In this document: in pieces, positions 36,081-49,391 of the stretch
How positions within the stretch are numbered: the first letter of the stretch is position 1
Layout: every line of letters begins with the position of its first letter
Assembly: GCA_025603075.1 (NCBI GenBank)
Contig: MU626363.1
Span: 11,459-75,458, forward strand
Origin: Neoconidiobolus thromboides FSU 785
Lineage: Eukaryota; Fungi; Entomophthoromycota
DNA length: 64,000 nucleotides
Direction: 5' to 3'
Position numbers and translations under genes: made by a program
The notes under the pieces: model-generated
The model's database searches: none
Seen by the model: the letters and a program-made list of their open reading frames with translations, nothing else
Told to the model about the DNA's origin: nothing

Positions 36081-37493
36081 ATGAGTAATCAGCTCTCGGA
36101 AAAACAAACTAGTTTTAGTGGCTCTTATGCCTTAGATCAATCTATAGCTGGATTAACAGCAGGTGCTATCTCAACTTTATTATTACATCCTATGGATTTA
36201 ATAAAAACTAAAATACAAGGTAAATTACAGCATTATATAAACTAATGATAATAACGAAATAATAATACTAACACGTTTTTTCTATTATTGTAGCCGATGA
36301 TTTTAAAAAATTAGAAAACAAGAGAATTATAGGACGTAGTATCTCTGCAATAAAATCTGTAATAAAAACGGATAGTTTATTAGGATTATATCGAGGTTTA
36401 TCACCTAACTTAGTAGGTTCCGCTCTGTCTTGGTCATTTTATTTTGGTTGGTAAGTAGAAAGTAATCTAATTTATGTTTAATATAAGATATTTAATCACT
36501 ATTTAATATTAATATTTTCTACTATCATTAGGTATAGTATAATAAAACAACAATATCATTCTGATTTAGGAGATGGTAGAATATCTAATAAATTATCTTC
36601 AACTCAATATATGTTAGCTTCTGCACAAGCAGGTGCATTAACTGTATTATGTACTAACCCGATTTGGGTAGTAAAAACTAGGATGTTAACAAGTCATAAA
36701 AATCAAGCGGGAGCTTATAGGGGCTTAGTAGGTAATACATTAATAATAATAACGACATAATTGTTTTTAGTACATATTATATCGAATATTGAGCATTTCA
36801 TTAATTTAATTTTATTGTTAGATGGGTTAATAAAATTAGTACAATTTGAAGGTATACGTGGTATGTATCGAGGATTAACACCAGCTTTATTTGGTACATC
36901 ACATGGGGCTGTTCAATTTATGGTTTATGAAGAACTAAAAAAATGGAAAAGTAAAAAAAATTTATTAAAAAATAAGGATATTAAGTTAAAAGATGGTTTA
37001 GTAAGTTTATTATCATATTATATTATTGATTTAAATTATATGTTTTAATATTCCTCTTATTATTACTTAGCCTGTTATGGATTATCTTTGGATGGCTTCT
37101 TTATCAAAAACAATGGCCTCAATATTGACATACCCTTATCAAGTAGTTAAAACTAGATTACAAGTAATTATTTTTGTATTATGTCATAATACAATATATA
37201 ATAGTTTATTTATTAGAAACAAGTCGATTTAAAATCCAACACAGAATATAAAACTACATTAGATACTATAAGTAAAATATTTAAGTAAGTTTGATTATTA
37301 CATAATACAATAATGATCAACTAATAATTAACATTTAATAATTTAACCTTAATTTAATAATAGAAATGAAGGTATAATGGGATTTTATAAAGGATTAGGG
37401 CCTAATATATTAAGAGTGCTACCGGGTACTTGTATTACATTTACTGTCTATGAATCTTTATCCAATTATTTTAGAAATGGTACTTTTTTTTAA
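36081..37493 (+). CDS. FLX1: mitochondrial carrier, FAD/folate transporter FLX1/SLC25A32-like, multi-exon
   Basis: Three PxD/x..K.R/K carrier signatures ([32 protein letters not shown]); [53 protein letters not shown]. Confidence 0.85.
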
Positions 37494-38077
37494 AAAAAAA
37501 TATATTGTAATTAATTTGAATAAAAATGTACGATGCTTGTGTTTTATTATATTATTATTGATTATAGTTTATTAGTTGTTATATTACTTATTATGGTTGG
37601 TAATTTAGTAGTACACAATATTAGATAGTTAACAATTATCCTATATAAACTAGATAAAGCTATATGTTGTTTCAAAGCTTAATAACTAAAATGATTGACC
37701 CAAACAGTTAAATTAAACTATGTTTCTTTTAGCTAACCCATGTTGTAACAATGTTATTCAATATTGATTATTAAAATACTTAAGTTGGAATATTAAATAT
37801 TTTGGCTTGTTACTTTAATCAAGTAGTACACTCACTATCTTTGTACCAATAATCATGTACTAATATCATTATATAAAAGCAATTACATAAAAAATATATT
37901 ATTTTATGATAGCTTTTATTATTTAATGATGGATTAAGTAACCACCAGCTGTTTAGTACGAAACAATATACACTTGACCACGAACAATAATAGCAAACTT
38001 AATTTATATAATAATTTATTAACTAAATGACCTTTTTTTTAAACAAATGGTTTAATATTAATTTAAGTTTAGTAAAT

Positions 38078-38176
38078 GGGGATGTATTTTTTTGTCTAAG
38101 GATTTTGCTAACAATCTTTCTACTCAAATAGTGCTTAAAAAAATGGAAAAGTAATGGAACCAAAAAAAACATCCCC
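38078..38176 (+). mobile_element. MITE family A copy
   Basis: GGGGATGTATTTTTTTG...AAAAAAACATCCCC; AAAT on both flanks. Confidence 0.88.
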
Positions 38177-38529
38177 AAATTTTTGTTTAAAAATAGAACT
38201 ATGAATAATCTATAAAGTTTTTATACTTAAAGCTACTGTAGCAAAGCTATCAAAGAAAATAGTTTAAGCTAGGGGAATCTTTATCAAAAGTTTAATAGAA
38301 ATAATAAAAGATTAAGGCTAAAAAAAGAAAACTAATGATTTGATTGTATGAGAAGCTAGATTTTTTAGAGTTTAAAGGTGAAGTGATAAAAAAAGTAAAC
38401 ATAGAGTTTTAAAAAACTGGACGTATTGTAAAGGAAAAATCTGCTTTTTATTAAGTTAAACTGGGATAGAAACTTTATTCAAGTACTTGAAATCCGCTTA
38501 GCAAATTTAATAGTTAATTTAAAAAGCAT

Positions 38530-38625
38530 AGGGGTGTTTTTTTGATTTCATTACTTTTTCATTTTTCAAGCAATATTTGAGGGGAAAGAGTGTTAGTAGA
38601 ATTCTTAAATAAAAAACATATCCCT
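38530..38625 (-). mobile_element. MITE family A copy, diverged
   Basis: AGGGGTGTTTTTTTGATTTCATTACTTTTTC...TGTTAGTAGAATTCTTAAAT...ATATCCCT. Confidence 0.75.
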
Positions 38626-39663
38626 ATATGTTTAACTTGTATATATGAAGTTATTAAATTTAAAAAAGTCATTAAAAGCTGTATCTGAAGTTTAAAAACC
38701 GAATACTTTATCAAAATATCCATAAACTAACTGATAAATAAGACTAAATAGTTCAATAATACTATAAAGAAAAGTTTTAATTCAACTTGTTTATCCTAAG
38801 CACTCATTTGTAAATAATCTAAGAATTAAAATAGAATGTAATAGAAATATTGGTGGAACCACTGACAACTTAATCGGCATCTATTAGTTCATACAAAGTT
38901 TTTGTATAATGTAATCATGAATTATTTTCTTGTTTTATTTTTCGTTATAATGAATACAGGAAGGTTTTTAATTTACCAAACATCTTATAACTTTAATATT
39001 TCAAACTTTGAGTAATTTTAGAAAATTAAAACAAAAAAACTAAGAGTAATTTTTATTATTTAATAAGAAAATAGAAGTATAAATAACTAGTAAGTGTACA
39101 ACATAATCAAAAGTATTGACTAGTTTATTTAACTAAGAGCCATCCGGTAGAATACTTTGGCAATATCACTTCACTATTGCATGGATACTGGGAGCTATAA
39201 TAAAAATTGTTAATAACAACATAAAACAACAATTGATGATCTCTTCCACCAATCGCTTACCCCCACCTTATCCTTATCTAAATATCGTTAGATGCCTGCC
39301 ACCCCTACCATGAGTTAGCTTCTGATAAGCAAATAACAGTCGATTAAGAATATTCTGAAGTAGTGATAAATAAACTTCCTAACCATCAACTTACTTACCT
39401 ATGTCAATTACCCACCCAATAAGGACTAATCAAAACTACTTAATAATAGGAAAGTTGGTGGCAATAAGCTAAAACTTGTTTATAATAATGTTTAAATTAG
39501 CTTAAAGCCTAAGTTTGATTAATATTGACTGTAAGACCTTGAAGGAAAGTATAAGCAAACTCAGAGATGTTTAAGTTCGTGAGGATTAAGCAGTTACTAT
39601 CATCATTTTTCTAATGATAACGCTTAGTATTGATTGTAGTTAAATAGGAAAAGAAAATGATAC

Positions 39664-39864
39664 AAGGGTATTTTTTGGCTTCATTACTTTTTCCATCTGA
39701 GGGATGTATTTTTATGTTTAAGAATTTTACTAACAAAATTTCCGCTTAAATAGCACTTAAAAAATGGAAAAAATAATGAAATTAAAAAAAACACTCCCAT
39801 CTTTTAAGCACTATTTGAGCGGGAAAATTGTTAGTAAAGTTCTTAAACATAAAAACACATCGCC
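39664..39864 (-). mobile_element. MITE family A copy interrupted by a nested second copy
   Basis: Removing 39699-39802 restores an intact copy (..TTTTTCCATCTTTTAAGCACTATTTGAGC..). Confidence 0.85.
39699..39798 (+). mobile_element. MITE family A nested copy
   Basis: GAGGGATGTATTTTT...AAAAAAACACTCCC flanked by ATCT (39695-39698) and ATCT (39799-39802); one extra base at the left end relative to consensus. Confidence 0.85.
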
Positions 39865-40222
39865 ATATAGTTGTCTAACTAAAGTATAAAAGAAACTTTT
39901 AGTACAACAACTTGAAGCTTTTTATTAAACTATTTTTTGATACTATACTTTTTAATAAGACTATTGAATTTTATAATAGTATCTTTTATTTTTTTTATAT
40001 TATATAGTTCATAGCTTATTATATGCCATCCCTATTAAGTCTATCTTAGCCATATAAAATAAGACTTTGACAAAGCCAGTTAATTAAATAAAAAATGCTT
40101 TCAATTTTATTTATTGAATACTAACTTGGATATTAAACGTTAAAATTTATACCATGATTTAATAGTTTATATTTTTATTATTTAAATGTTTTTTTACAAG
40201 TTGATAAACAATAATAACATTT

Positions 40223-40322
40223 GGGAGTGTTTTTTTTTGACTTCATTATTTTTTCCATTTTTAAGCGCTATTTAAGCGGAAAGTTTATTAGTAAAACTTT
40301 TAAACAAAAAAAATACAGCCCT
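40223..40322 (-). mobile_element. MITE family A copy
   Basis: GGGAGTGTTTTTTTTTG...AATACAGCCCT; flanks ATTT/ATAT. Confidence 0.8.
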
Positions 40323-41285
40323 ATATACTTATTATTCATTGAGTTAGTGGCGATTCATCCTAATAAAATTTAATAAAGTAGGTAGTACAAAGATAAAGGA
40401 AAAATCGAAAGGAGATCGAAGGATAGAATTAATAGAGATTTTGAATGTAGATTTATACTTGATCTAAACAAATTTCGTATTATTTAAATTGATTATTAAA
40501 AAGAGTTAATAGCAAGTACTATTTAAACTTAGCCCATCCGGTCCGATTCAGCTAAAAAGGTTGGTATGAAAAGTCATTATAATATCTAGAATTATATAAT
40601 ATATATATACTATTCTGGTAATATTTTTTGGCAAGTTTTTATATTAAAGTGTCTTATATTATACTAGAACTGAATCCTTTTTAAGACTTTAAAAAATAAC
40701 TAAATTTGCCATAGTTCAATAAATAATACAGTAGGTAATATTAAATAAAAGCTATTAGAAACTTCAAATTTTACTCTACATTTTGTATTAATATATTATA
40801 ACAGTTAAAGTTAGTTGCTCTTACAAAAACATTATACACTTTTTTGCAGAAATCCATAAATTTTACTAGAGTTGTTAGACTGTTTACATCTCCAATATCA
40901 TAATATCAAATGTAGTATAGAGCTTAATATTCTTGATAAGTTTTATGCCATATTATTTGACAAATTATTCATTGAGTTATGATATGTTTAATCATATTTT
41001 TGTGATTTTCACTTTTTAAAGCTAAAACTAAGGTCATTTATTATAAATGATTTACAATGCATCAAAAATATATTTATTTTTTGCTTTCAATGTTGAAAAG
41101 TAGTCGACTTTATTGTTGCTCAATGTATATTATATTAAACAATCTAAAATAAAGCTTATTAAAAAGATTAAACTTTAAAATTATAATAATAAATGTAGCA
41201 TAAAGTATGTTGAAAACCTGGTTGCTTTTAAAATGAGTCTCTGTGTACTACTTTGGGCTGTTTTTTGAGTTATAGGGAATTACTT

Positions 41286-41384
41286 GGGAATGTATTTTTT
41301 TGTTTAAGAATTTTACCAAAAATCTTTCCGCTCAAATAACGCTTAAAAAATGGAAAAAGTAATGAAATCAAAAAAAACATCCCC
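41286..41384 (+). mobile_element. MITE family A copy
   Basis: GGGAATGTATTTTTTTG...AAAAAAACATCCCC; ACTT on both flanks (41282-41285, 41385-41388). Confidence 0.9.
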
Positions 41385-42364
41385 ACTTGCTTATTTAAAA
41401 TTTTGAAAAAATTAAAAGGCTATCTAATATTATTTAATATAACATTAATTATTTTAATGATGAGAGTATAAAAAACGATGTCAGATTAATTTTTATGTAA
41501 TAATTTATGTCCATGTCATTAAAATTATATATCTACATTATATAAGTCTAAATGATAGTGTCCTCAAAAACAAATTCCTCTGTCTTCAAGTTGAAATATC
41601 TACTATAGTATTTAATATACTAAAACAATTTAGTATAATTTTAATAGATGTTATAAGTAATGTTTACTTCTATTTTTAAATATTACTAAAAATTTTAATG
41701 ATAATTATAAATAATTGGCCTCTTTGGTCTAAAATATTTGAATAATACTTGAAAATTAATATTAGGTATGACATTATATTTTGCCTTTTTTTAAAAACTT
41801 ATACTCTGACTTAACTGCTTTGAACTTTTCAAACTAATTTATCTAGTATGAATTATTATGCTCTTATTATTAAAATAAATCGATAATACCATTTTATTTT
41901 ATTAATTGTAAAAAGTCTTAAAGGTGTTTAATTCTTTATCTTAATTTAAATGCTATCAAAATACAAGCAATGATAACAAGTTACTATATTTAATCTGGAT
42001 ATTGTATTATATTAGTTAAGTTTACAAACATGCACTCAAATCAATCAAGTAATGATTAAATGACCTAATAACGTCAAACTTAGATTACTATTCAGTTTAA
42101 AATAAATTTAAGCAGCAAATCAATTAAAGAGCCCAAACAAAATAGTTCAACTTCAATTGTGGCTTGTCCAAACCAGCATATTGTAAGACTGAACACATTG
42201 ATTGGTTTAAGAACACAAGTAATTCCCAAATTTAATAAAAAGTTAACGAATTATGAGGTAAAATGATAAATTAGCATGTGAATCTAACATAGTCAAGTTG
42301 AAGGGGAATAACAAATTTATTTTTTAATAGTATAAAAGAATGTATAATTAATTTATAAAAAATA

Positions 42365-43559
42365 ATGAATCGTAAATTGGCCATTAACTTCAACTTTGAT
42401 ACTATAAAACAGGCTCTAAATATTGTACCGTTTAAATCAACTATCAAAAGCCTACTTAAAGCCACAGTAACTCAGCAAAAAACGAATATACAAGAAAAGA
42501 AAAAAGAAAAGATTAAAGCTAGTCAAAGTATCTATGTATTAAGACCAAATTATAAACCTACTCGCAACCCAGTAGTATTATGTCATGGTAGGCTATCAGT
42601 ATCTCCCATTTTTCTACTAAGCTAATATTTTACACTTTAGGCCTATATGGTTTTGATAAAATAGGTAATAAAATCATTTAATTCACATTCAACTAAAGCT
42701 GAGCTCATTTAAATCAGGTTTTGATAATTTACCAACATTACAGGTACATTACTGGCAGGGCGTAGCTGAAGCATTAGAAAAGATGGGATCGAAAGTAATT
42801 GTAGTGAAAGTATCAAGTACAGGCTCGATAGCAGAAAGAGCACAACAACTTCATGAATTATTAAATAAGACATTACCCGGTCAACAGGTAAACTTGTTAG
42901 GGCATTCAATGGGAGGATTAGATGGTAGATACCTTATTAGTAGAATACCAAATGAAGATAAAAAATATAAAGTAAAAAGTTTGACAACAATATCGACTCC
43001 ACATAGAGGTAGTAGCTTTATGGATTGGTGCAGGGATCATTTAAAAGTAGGTAAAATTTCAAGCGAAGAAAAGATAAAAGATAAACATGAACGACAACAA
43101 TGGTTTGAAAGAGTGATGAGTTATTTGGACGCTCCAGCTTATTCTCACTTGACAACAGATTACTGTAGAAACAAATTTAATCCAAGTACCCCAGATGACC
43201 CTAATGTAGCTTATTATAGCTATAATGCTTATTTAGATAAAATGCATTACCTTTCCTTTTTAAATTTTCCATGGCAAATTATTAATCAAGTGGAAGGTAA
43301 GAATGATGGTTTAGTTTCACTAAAAAGCGGAGAGTGGGGTCAATTAGTTGAGACAGTACAAGCCAATCATTTTGATTTAGTGGTACGCTTCCGTTGGTTG
43401 ACTGCTATTGGGCGAGTGATCGGGTATGAAGATGCCAGATATAATATAAATCCCTCTTTGTCCTTACCTAAAACATTATTATTGAGCCCAGAAACGGAAT
43501 TCGACAATATCGAATTTTATCTGAGATTATCTACCTTTTTACATTGCAAAGGATTTTAA
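42365..43559 (+). CDS. triacylglycerol lipase, TGL2/lipase-2-like, paralog B (3 exons)
   Basis: Introns 42588-42640 and 42665-42717; PVVLCHGLYG, GHSMGGLDGRY, TPHRGS, NDGLV, NHFDL. Confidence 0.9.
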
Positions 43560-43653
43560 ATTACGTTATAAATTAATTAAATTATATATTATTATGTTAT
43601 TACGTATATTACTTTATTATACTCTCATTGTATATTTTATTATAATCACTTTT

Positions 43654-44846
43654 TTAGCTAAACTCATTGATTAATAATGAATTAAAGTAAGTTGGGTTAT
43701 CTAAAAACAATTGATGCCCTGCGTTTGGTACTATTTTCAAATTAGATCCATCTGGTAAACTTGTTATAAGTTTGTATGCATGATCAGGGTTCATCCAATC
43801 TCTATCCCCATCTATAAAAATGAAGATACTTATTATAGATTATTAATATACATGTTAAAAACACTTACAAACAAATGTAATAGGTATATGAATATTAGTT
43901 AACCTATACTTTAAAGGATACCTTGCATAAGCCCCAGCTTGTAAAATAGAGCCTAGAGCATATTCGCCAGAGCCTGGTAAAGCAGCTATATCAAACAAAT
44001 ATTCTTTAAGTAAAGCTTGTTCATTTTCTGGTAAGTTTGGAAACCTTCCCATAATGTACCTTAGTACTAAACTTTCCCCATAGGGTCCTAAGCTACGCAC
44101 AATCTTTTGTGGGGTCATATGACGATCCCATAACCAGTTGATCCACTTAGGAGCTGTTGCTCGATGCCTCGTATCTGGCTTAACAGCTGGTTTTTCAGGG
44201 ATGCCAACTAACGTTAAAATAGATAAGTTAAGCTAGATATTATAAATATAAGGATCTTACCTGGTGATAATAAAATTAATTTGTCTACTCTTTCAGGATA
44301 TCTCATACTATATAAGGAAGCTAGATACCCACCAAGCGAATGGCCTACCAACTGAAGTTTATCAATATTCTTGTTTTTTCGCCAAGCTTCTAAACCGTTA
44401 ATAAAAAAGTCTTCAGCTTTATAAGTAATATCCACGCCATCTTTGAATGAATTTAATAGGTCTGGTCTTGAAGATAAACCCATCCCTAACCAGTCTAAAT
44501 AATGTAGGTTATAATTGGAACTCAATTGACATAATGCTCCCATGTTTTTCATATAAATACCTAAACCCACTCCGAACCCGTGTAACATTACAATGTTTTT
44601 TGTGTTGTTGGTCTTGATACTTAATGTGTGTATAAATTCACCATCGTCTACTTTTTGATTATACAATTGTACGGGTTGGTCATTGTTTAAAGTAATGGCT
44701 TGATTGTTATTTATTTTTTGCAATTCGTAAACCGTATTTAATATTTTAAGTTCTGTTTGCTGTGCTATAAGCCATCGATCTCTTTGATAAAAATTGACCA
44801 AGGTTTTAAGTTGATGGCTTAGTTTATTCTTTAATTGATTTCGCAT
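43654..44846 (-). CDS. alpha/beta hydrolase of the ABHD5/ICT1/CLD1 family (3 exons)
   Basis: MLHGFG, DWLGMGLSSRP, GHSLGGY, LLSP|.GIP, final exon YGDRDWM..AGHQLFLDNP (HX4D motif); TAA at 43654-43656. Confidence 0.88.
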
Positions 44847-45178
44847 TTTAAAAAAGAATCAAATTTTATCATTAGTAAGTTTTATAATAGTTGTTGATTA
44901 TTAATCATAAACAACTACCACGTCATGGAAGAATTTGAATAATATAGATAATAAAATAAAATAATAATAGTAATCAAACTATAAACTTATTTAATGAATT
45001 AAAAAATAAAAAATAAATTTTATGATAAACAATTAATAGAATCAACAATTTTAAGAGAGAGCATATGTAATAGAGATAGAAGGGTAATATATGCCCAACT
45101 TTAAATAAACTTATTAGTGTTAGTAAAAGGGGATGTAAAGAGTTATAAAATCTAAAAAAAGAATATAAAAGTAAAATA

Positions 45179-46670
45179 TCAATCTTGAGCTTGTGGTGCT
45201 ACCACAGCCACTAAAACCGTGATATCATCCCTTTTACCACCTTGAAACTTTATGCCCTCTTTCTTAGCTCTTTCTTCAAAAGGTGTAGATTGATTGGTCG
45301 TGGTCTGTTGTGATACTTTGCAGGCACGAGCTGCTAAAGCATGAGATAAGTCTCCAGGTCTCAAATTAGCTTCATAATGACTTGATGCATTTCTAAGGCT
45401 CGTTGATGTAGTGCAAAACCCCAAAACTTCATTATAGGAACTTGTATCATATACCCAATCAAAGTCGGGCTTCCATTTTGTTACTTCTTCTTCAATATCA
45501 GAAAGGAATAAATTGTCAAATAAACCATCACTTCCCATTACTATAACATCTCCTTTTTCTACTGAATATGAGTAGTATTGTGCATCTTTTGGTCGATCCT
45601 TAGAATTTGTGCCCAATTGATATGGGAAGTTGAATGAATGTTGTTGCTCTAAAGTTTGGAAAATAACAACGCCGTCTCTTAAAACTACTACTCCACAATC
45701 ACCCAAATTCGCAATCCTCAATTCGTTATTTCGAAGTATAACAATACATGCTGTACTTGAGCCTTTTATTTTCTAAGTAAATATATAAATATAAATTATA
45801 ATTAGTATATAATCATAACACTTACATAACTTGAAGCTGATTCAATAGCTAAACGATAACTATTTTCAAGAATCTTAATAGGATCTACTTGATGATAAAA
45901 CAACCGCTGTTCACAAGGTGATAAATAAACACCACCTTCAGCTGGTGACTGCGAAGAATTGTAATCCAAACTCTCTAACTTTGAAAGTTCTTGACAAGCA
46001 AAATGCATCAAGTTGCGCGAAAAGAAGGCAGAGTTTGCACCTAAACAACATTAAGTTCAAACGTTATTGAAACAAAGAAAGAAATACCTTTCACTTTTCT
46101 CCATCCTCCTACTCCATCTGCTACCCCTAAAGAGTCTTTACGTATGAAACATGCATCTTCACCAAACCCCTTACTTAAATAAAACTTATCTTCATCTGGA
46201 AAAGGTAACTTTGAATTTGTTTTTGGTATCCCTGTAACTCCATAATCAAAGTAATACTGCTGCCAAGGATGTAAATGCATTCCATAATCTGATTGTTGAT
46301 TCCAGTCTTTAACTATTGGTGGCGATGGTGACGGATAGTACAAATCGAAAAATCCAGCGTCTGAACGAGGATTATAAATTGTACTTGAATTAAATTCATT
46401 ATTTACTAGGGGTAGCATCCCCATTGAATCCCCCATCGATTTATTGTTAGTCCCTTGATTAGGGTAAAAGGATGAATAGCCACCATTTCTAAGGGCTAAC
46501 TGAGTTTCCCCAAAGTTGTAAGGTACCTGACAGTGGTCCCCGACCTTTACAGTGCCCAACGTAATTTGACTTAAATATTTATAAAATTTTGAGGCATTAG
46601 AGGTATCCTTCAAAACTTTAGAAGCCTGCCTCGCCTTGATTAAACTTGATGCTCTCAATACTGCCGACAT
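45179..46670 (-). CDS. PTC7: PP2C-family phosphatase PTC7-like (3 exons)
   Basis: GEDAC, GVADGVGGW, GSSTAC, ANLGDCG, QQHSFNFPYQLG, SDGLFDNL, GGKRDDITV. Confidence 0.88.
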
Positions 46671-47627
46671 GCTTCAAAAAAACTTGCTTATTAAAATGAA
46701 TCCTAATTTTGATAGAATTGATTAGAACAGAAACCGTTAATTTTATAAAATCTCTCACCATTACTTTTTACTAATTGTTTTGGTTAGGTTAGAAATATCA
46801 ATTGAGACTTAAATTTTATTGGCTAAATTTTAATTTTTATTCCTAATAGATCTTATTCTATTGGCCATTAACATATACACTTGATCTCATTGGATCATTC
46901 TGACATTGTGTCACTATGTCCAAACAAACGCTTTAGATATTATCTAAAATTAGCAGGTTGAAGGCTAATCTTAGGAAAAATGGCTTTAAATCATTTACCA
47001 ATATTAATGTGACTGCTGACAATTTAAGAACTTTAGATCCAGAAAATAAATAGTGCACCATACCCTGATGATTTCATTGGTTAAGCGAAGTTATTCAGAT
47101 ACTTGAGCTTATTTTATATTTCAATTAATAAACTGTGGATAAAATAATATTCATTTTAATTTATTTTATATTATGTTGAGCTACTAAAATATTATTTTAT
47201 TAGAACACTTGGAGGTGCTACGCACATTATTTAATTTACTTGATTAAAATTTTACGGCTTATAAACCAATAAGTTAATTTTATTCAAAATATCAATTATA
47301 AAATATTATCACAATATTCAAGAATGTTTATTTAGTTAAGAAATTAATATCAATTATTTTATGATAGATTATTGAGTTAAAAAGATGAAAAACAAATAAA
47401 CTGATAGACTAAAGCTATATCATTTTTATTAAAAGAAGTTAAAAGAGGTACTAGAACAGCAATTGAACAACATTGATAAATCTAAAAATGGAAAATAAGC
47501 AAGTTAAAATGTTAAAAATGTCAATAAAAATAAAACGGAAATTAAGAAAGGTTATAACAAGAAAAAAAAATAAGAGATGTATAAATAACATATTGTGTTT
47601 TTATTTTACAATATTAAATATTAAAGA

Positions 47628-49199
47628 ATGAATTTATTTATACGTCTATTTTTCCTTTTATTAACTTGTTTAAATATAACTTATAGTTTAAGGTAATACT
47701 AAACTAAACCTATTATTTAATTAATTAAATTTTGCTTAGGGCTATAGCAGCTATAGATTATGAAAACGAGGCAGGAATTAAGCCAATACCATTATTAACT
47801 AATAAATTAGAACCTATGATGGCTGAAGGCAAAGGTTTAATATTTCAACAAAGAGTTGATCATTTTAATTTAAATGATAACAGAAATTTTAGTCAACGCT
47901 ACTATCAAAATGACAACTATTATAAAGTGAATGGACCACTATTATTATATATTGGTGGGGAAGGCAAGTTAGTCTCAAGAAGTAGTGAAAGTGGGTTTAT
48001 AGTAAGGATAGCCCAACAACTTCAAGCTATGATTTATACCTTAGAGCATCGCTATTATGGGGAAAGTAGATTATTTGAAGATATGAGTGTAGATAACTTG
48101 AGTTATTTAAGTAGTCTACAAAGTTTAAAAGATATTGAATCCTTTTTACAAAGCAAAAGAAAGGAGAATCAAAAGGTAATTGTTGTTGGTGGTAGTTACG
48201 CTGGTAATTTAGCTGCTTGGTCTAGAAAATTGTTTCCAAATTTAATTGATGCGGCTTTAGCTTCTTCTGCTCCAGTAAAAGCACTTGGAGATTTTTATCA
48301 GTATGATCAAATTACTGCGATTTCATTTGGTGAAAAGTGTGCTAATATCATTGCTAACTTTACTAAAAACTTGGACACATTATTAAATAGTAAAAACAGT
48401 AATGCAATCTCAAAAGTTAAAGAACAATTTGAATGTCAAAGTGTAATAGATGACACTATGTTTGTATCTGTGCTATCGGATATGTTTGCAACAGCAGTGC
48501 AATATAATCGACCTAATGTACCGTTTAATGTGAATACTGTATGTAGTAATATAGATTATAACATGTCATTCAATGAATATTTAGCATATTTTTCAACTGC
48601 TGCCAAGATTTATTTCAAATCTCAAAATAAATCGTGCTATGATTTAACCTTTATAGATGAAATCAAAGATATCAAATACAATCCAGATAATGCTAACAGA
48701 CAGGTAGATTATATTATTAAGCTGATTATGTGTATATTTATTTATTTACTTTTGTTACATTATATAGTGGACTTATCAAACATGCACTGAATTTGGATAT
48801 TATCAAACAGCACCAAACAGTGGAATAAGTCTAAGGTCCCAAAGATTAACGTATGATTGGATTTATAACACAGTATGCTCTAAGCAACACTTTAGTAAAT
48901 TAATTGGCCCACCTAAAGTCGAAGATATAAATCAAAGGTATGGTGGAAATGAATTAATAAGCAAAGTCATCTATACAAATGGAAAATTAGATCCTTGGTC
49001 TTACTTATCAGTATTACCCAATAAAGACAGCCCCATGAATAACGATATAAGCAATATGAATACAAGTAATAATCTGGTACTTTTGATTACTTCTGCTTCC
49101 CATACTCAAGATCTTTTACCTGATTTTGATAATGATCCCTTAGATTTAAGATTAGCAAGGAGTTTAGTATTAAAAAAATTAGCGGAATGGATAAATTAA
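47628..49199 (+). CDS. secreted serine carboxypeptidase S28 family (3 exons)
   Basis: Signal peptide exon from the ATG at 47628; introns 47693-47739 and 48704-48767; QRVDHF, GGEG, LEHRYYGES, GGSYAG, ASSAPV, WTYQTCTEFGYYQ, NGKLDPW, HTQD. Confidence 0.92.
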
Positions 49200-49391
49200 T
49201 AAAAGTATAATATAATTGAAATTAAATAGCATCACTATCTAGTTTATTATTATCAAACTATTCCAACAACCATTGTTAAAAATAAATCAAATTGAGTATT
49301 ATTCATAATTACTAACATCAAACTGTTGTAGAAATTGCTGTCATTTGTTCCATTCAATTACTTAAGATAGCTACTATATCTAAGTACTCGT

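Noticed and set aside
39130-39560. Slightly GC-richer stretch with a coding-like fragment (HPVEYFGNITSLLHGYW)
   Set aside because: Many stops and no identifiable family; cannot be supported as a pseudogene without a search.
5360-43559. Segmental duplication explaining both paralog pairs
   Set aside because: Orientations are inconsistent (Cys genes opposite, lipases same strand) and the intervening genes are unrelated.
46990-47075. Possible box C/D snoRNA (ATGTGA...CTGA, TGATGA nearby)
   Set aside because: Box C is non-canonical, there is no convincing terminal stem, and I could not match a guide to rRNA from memory.
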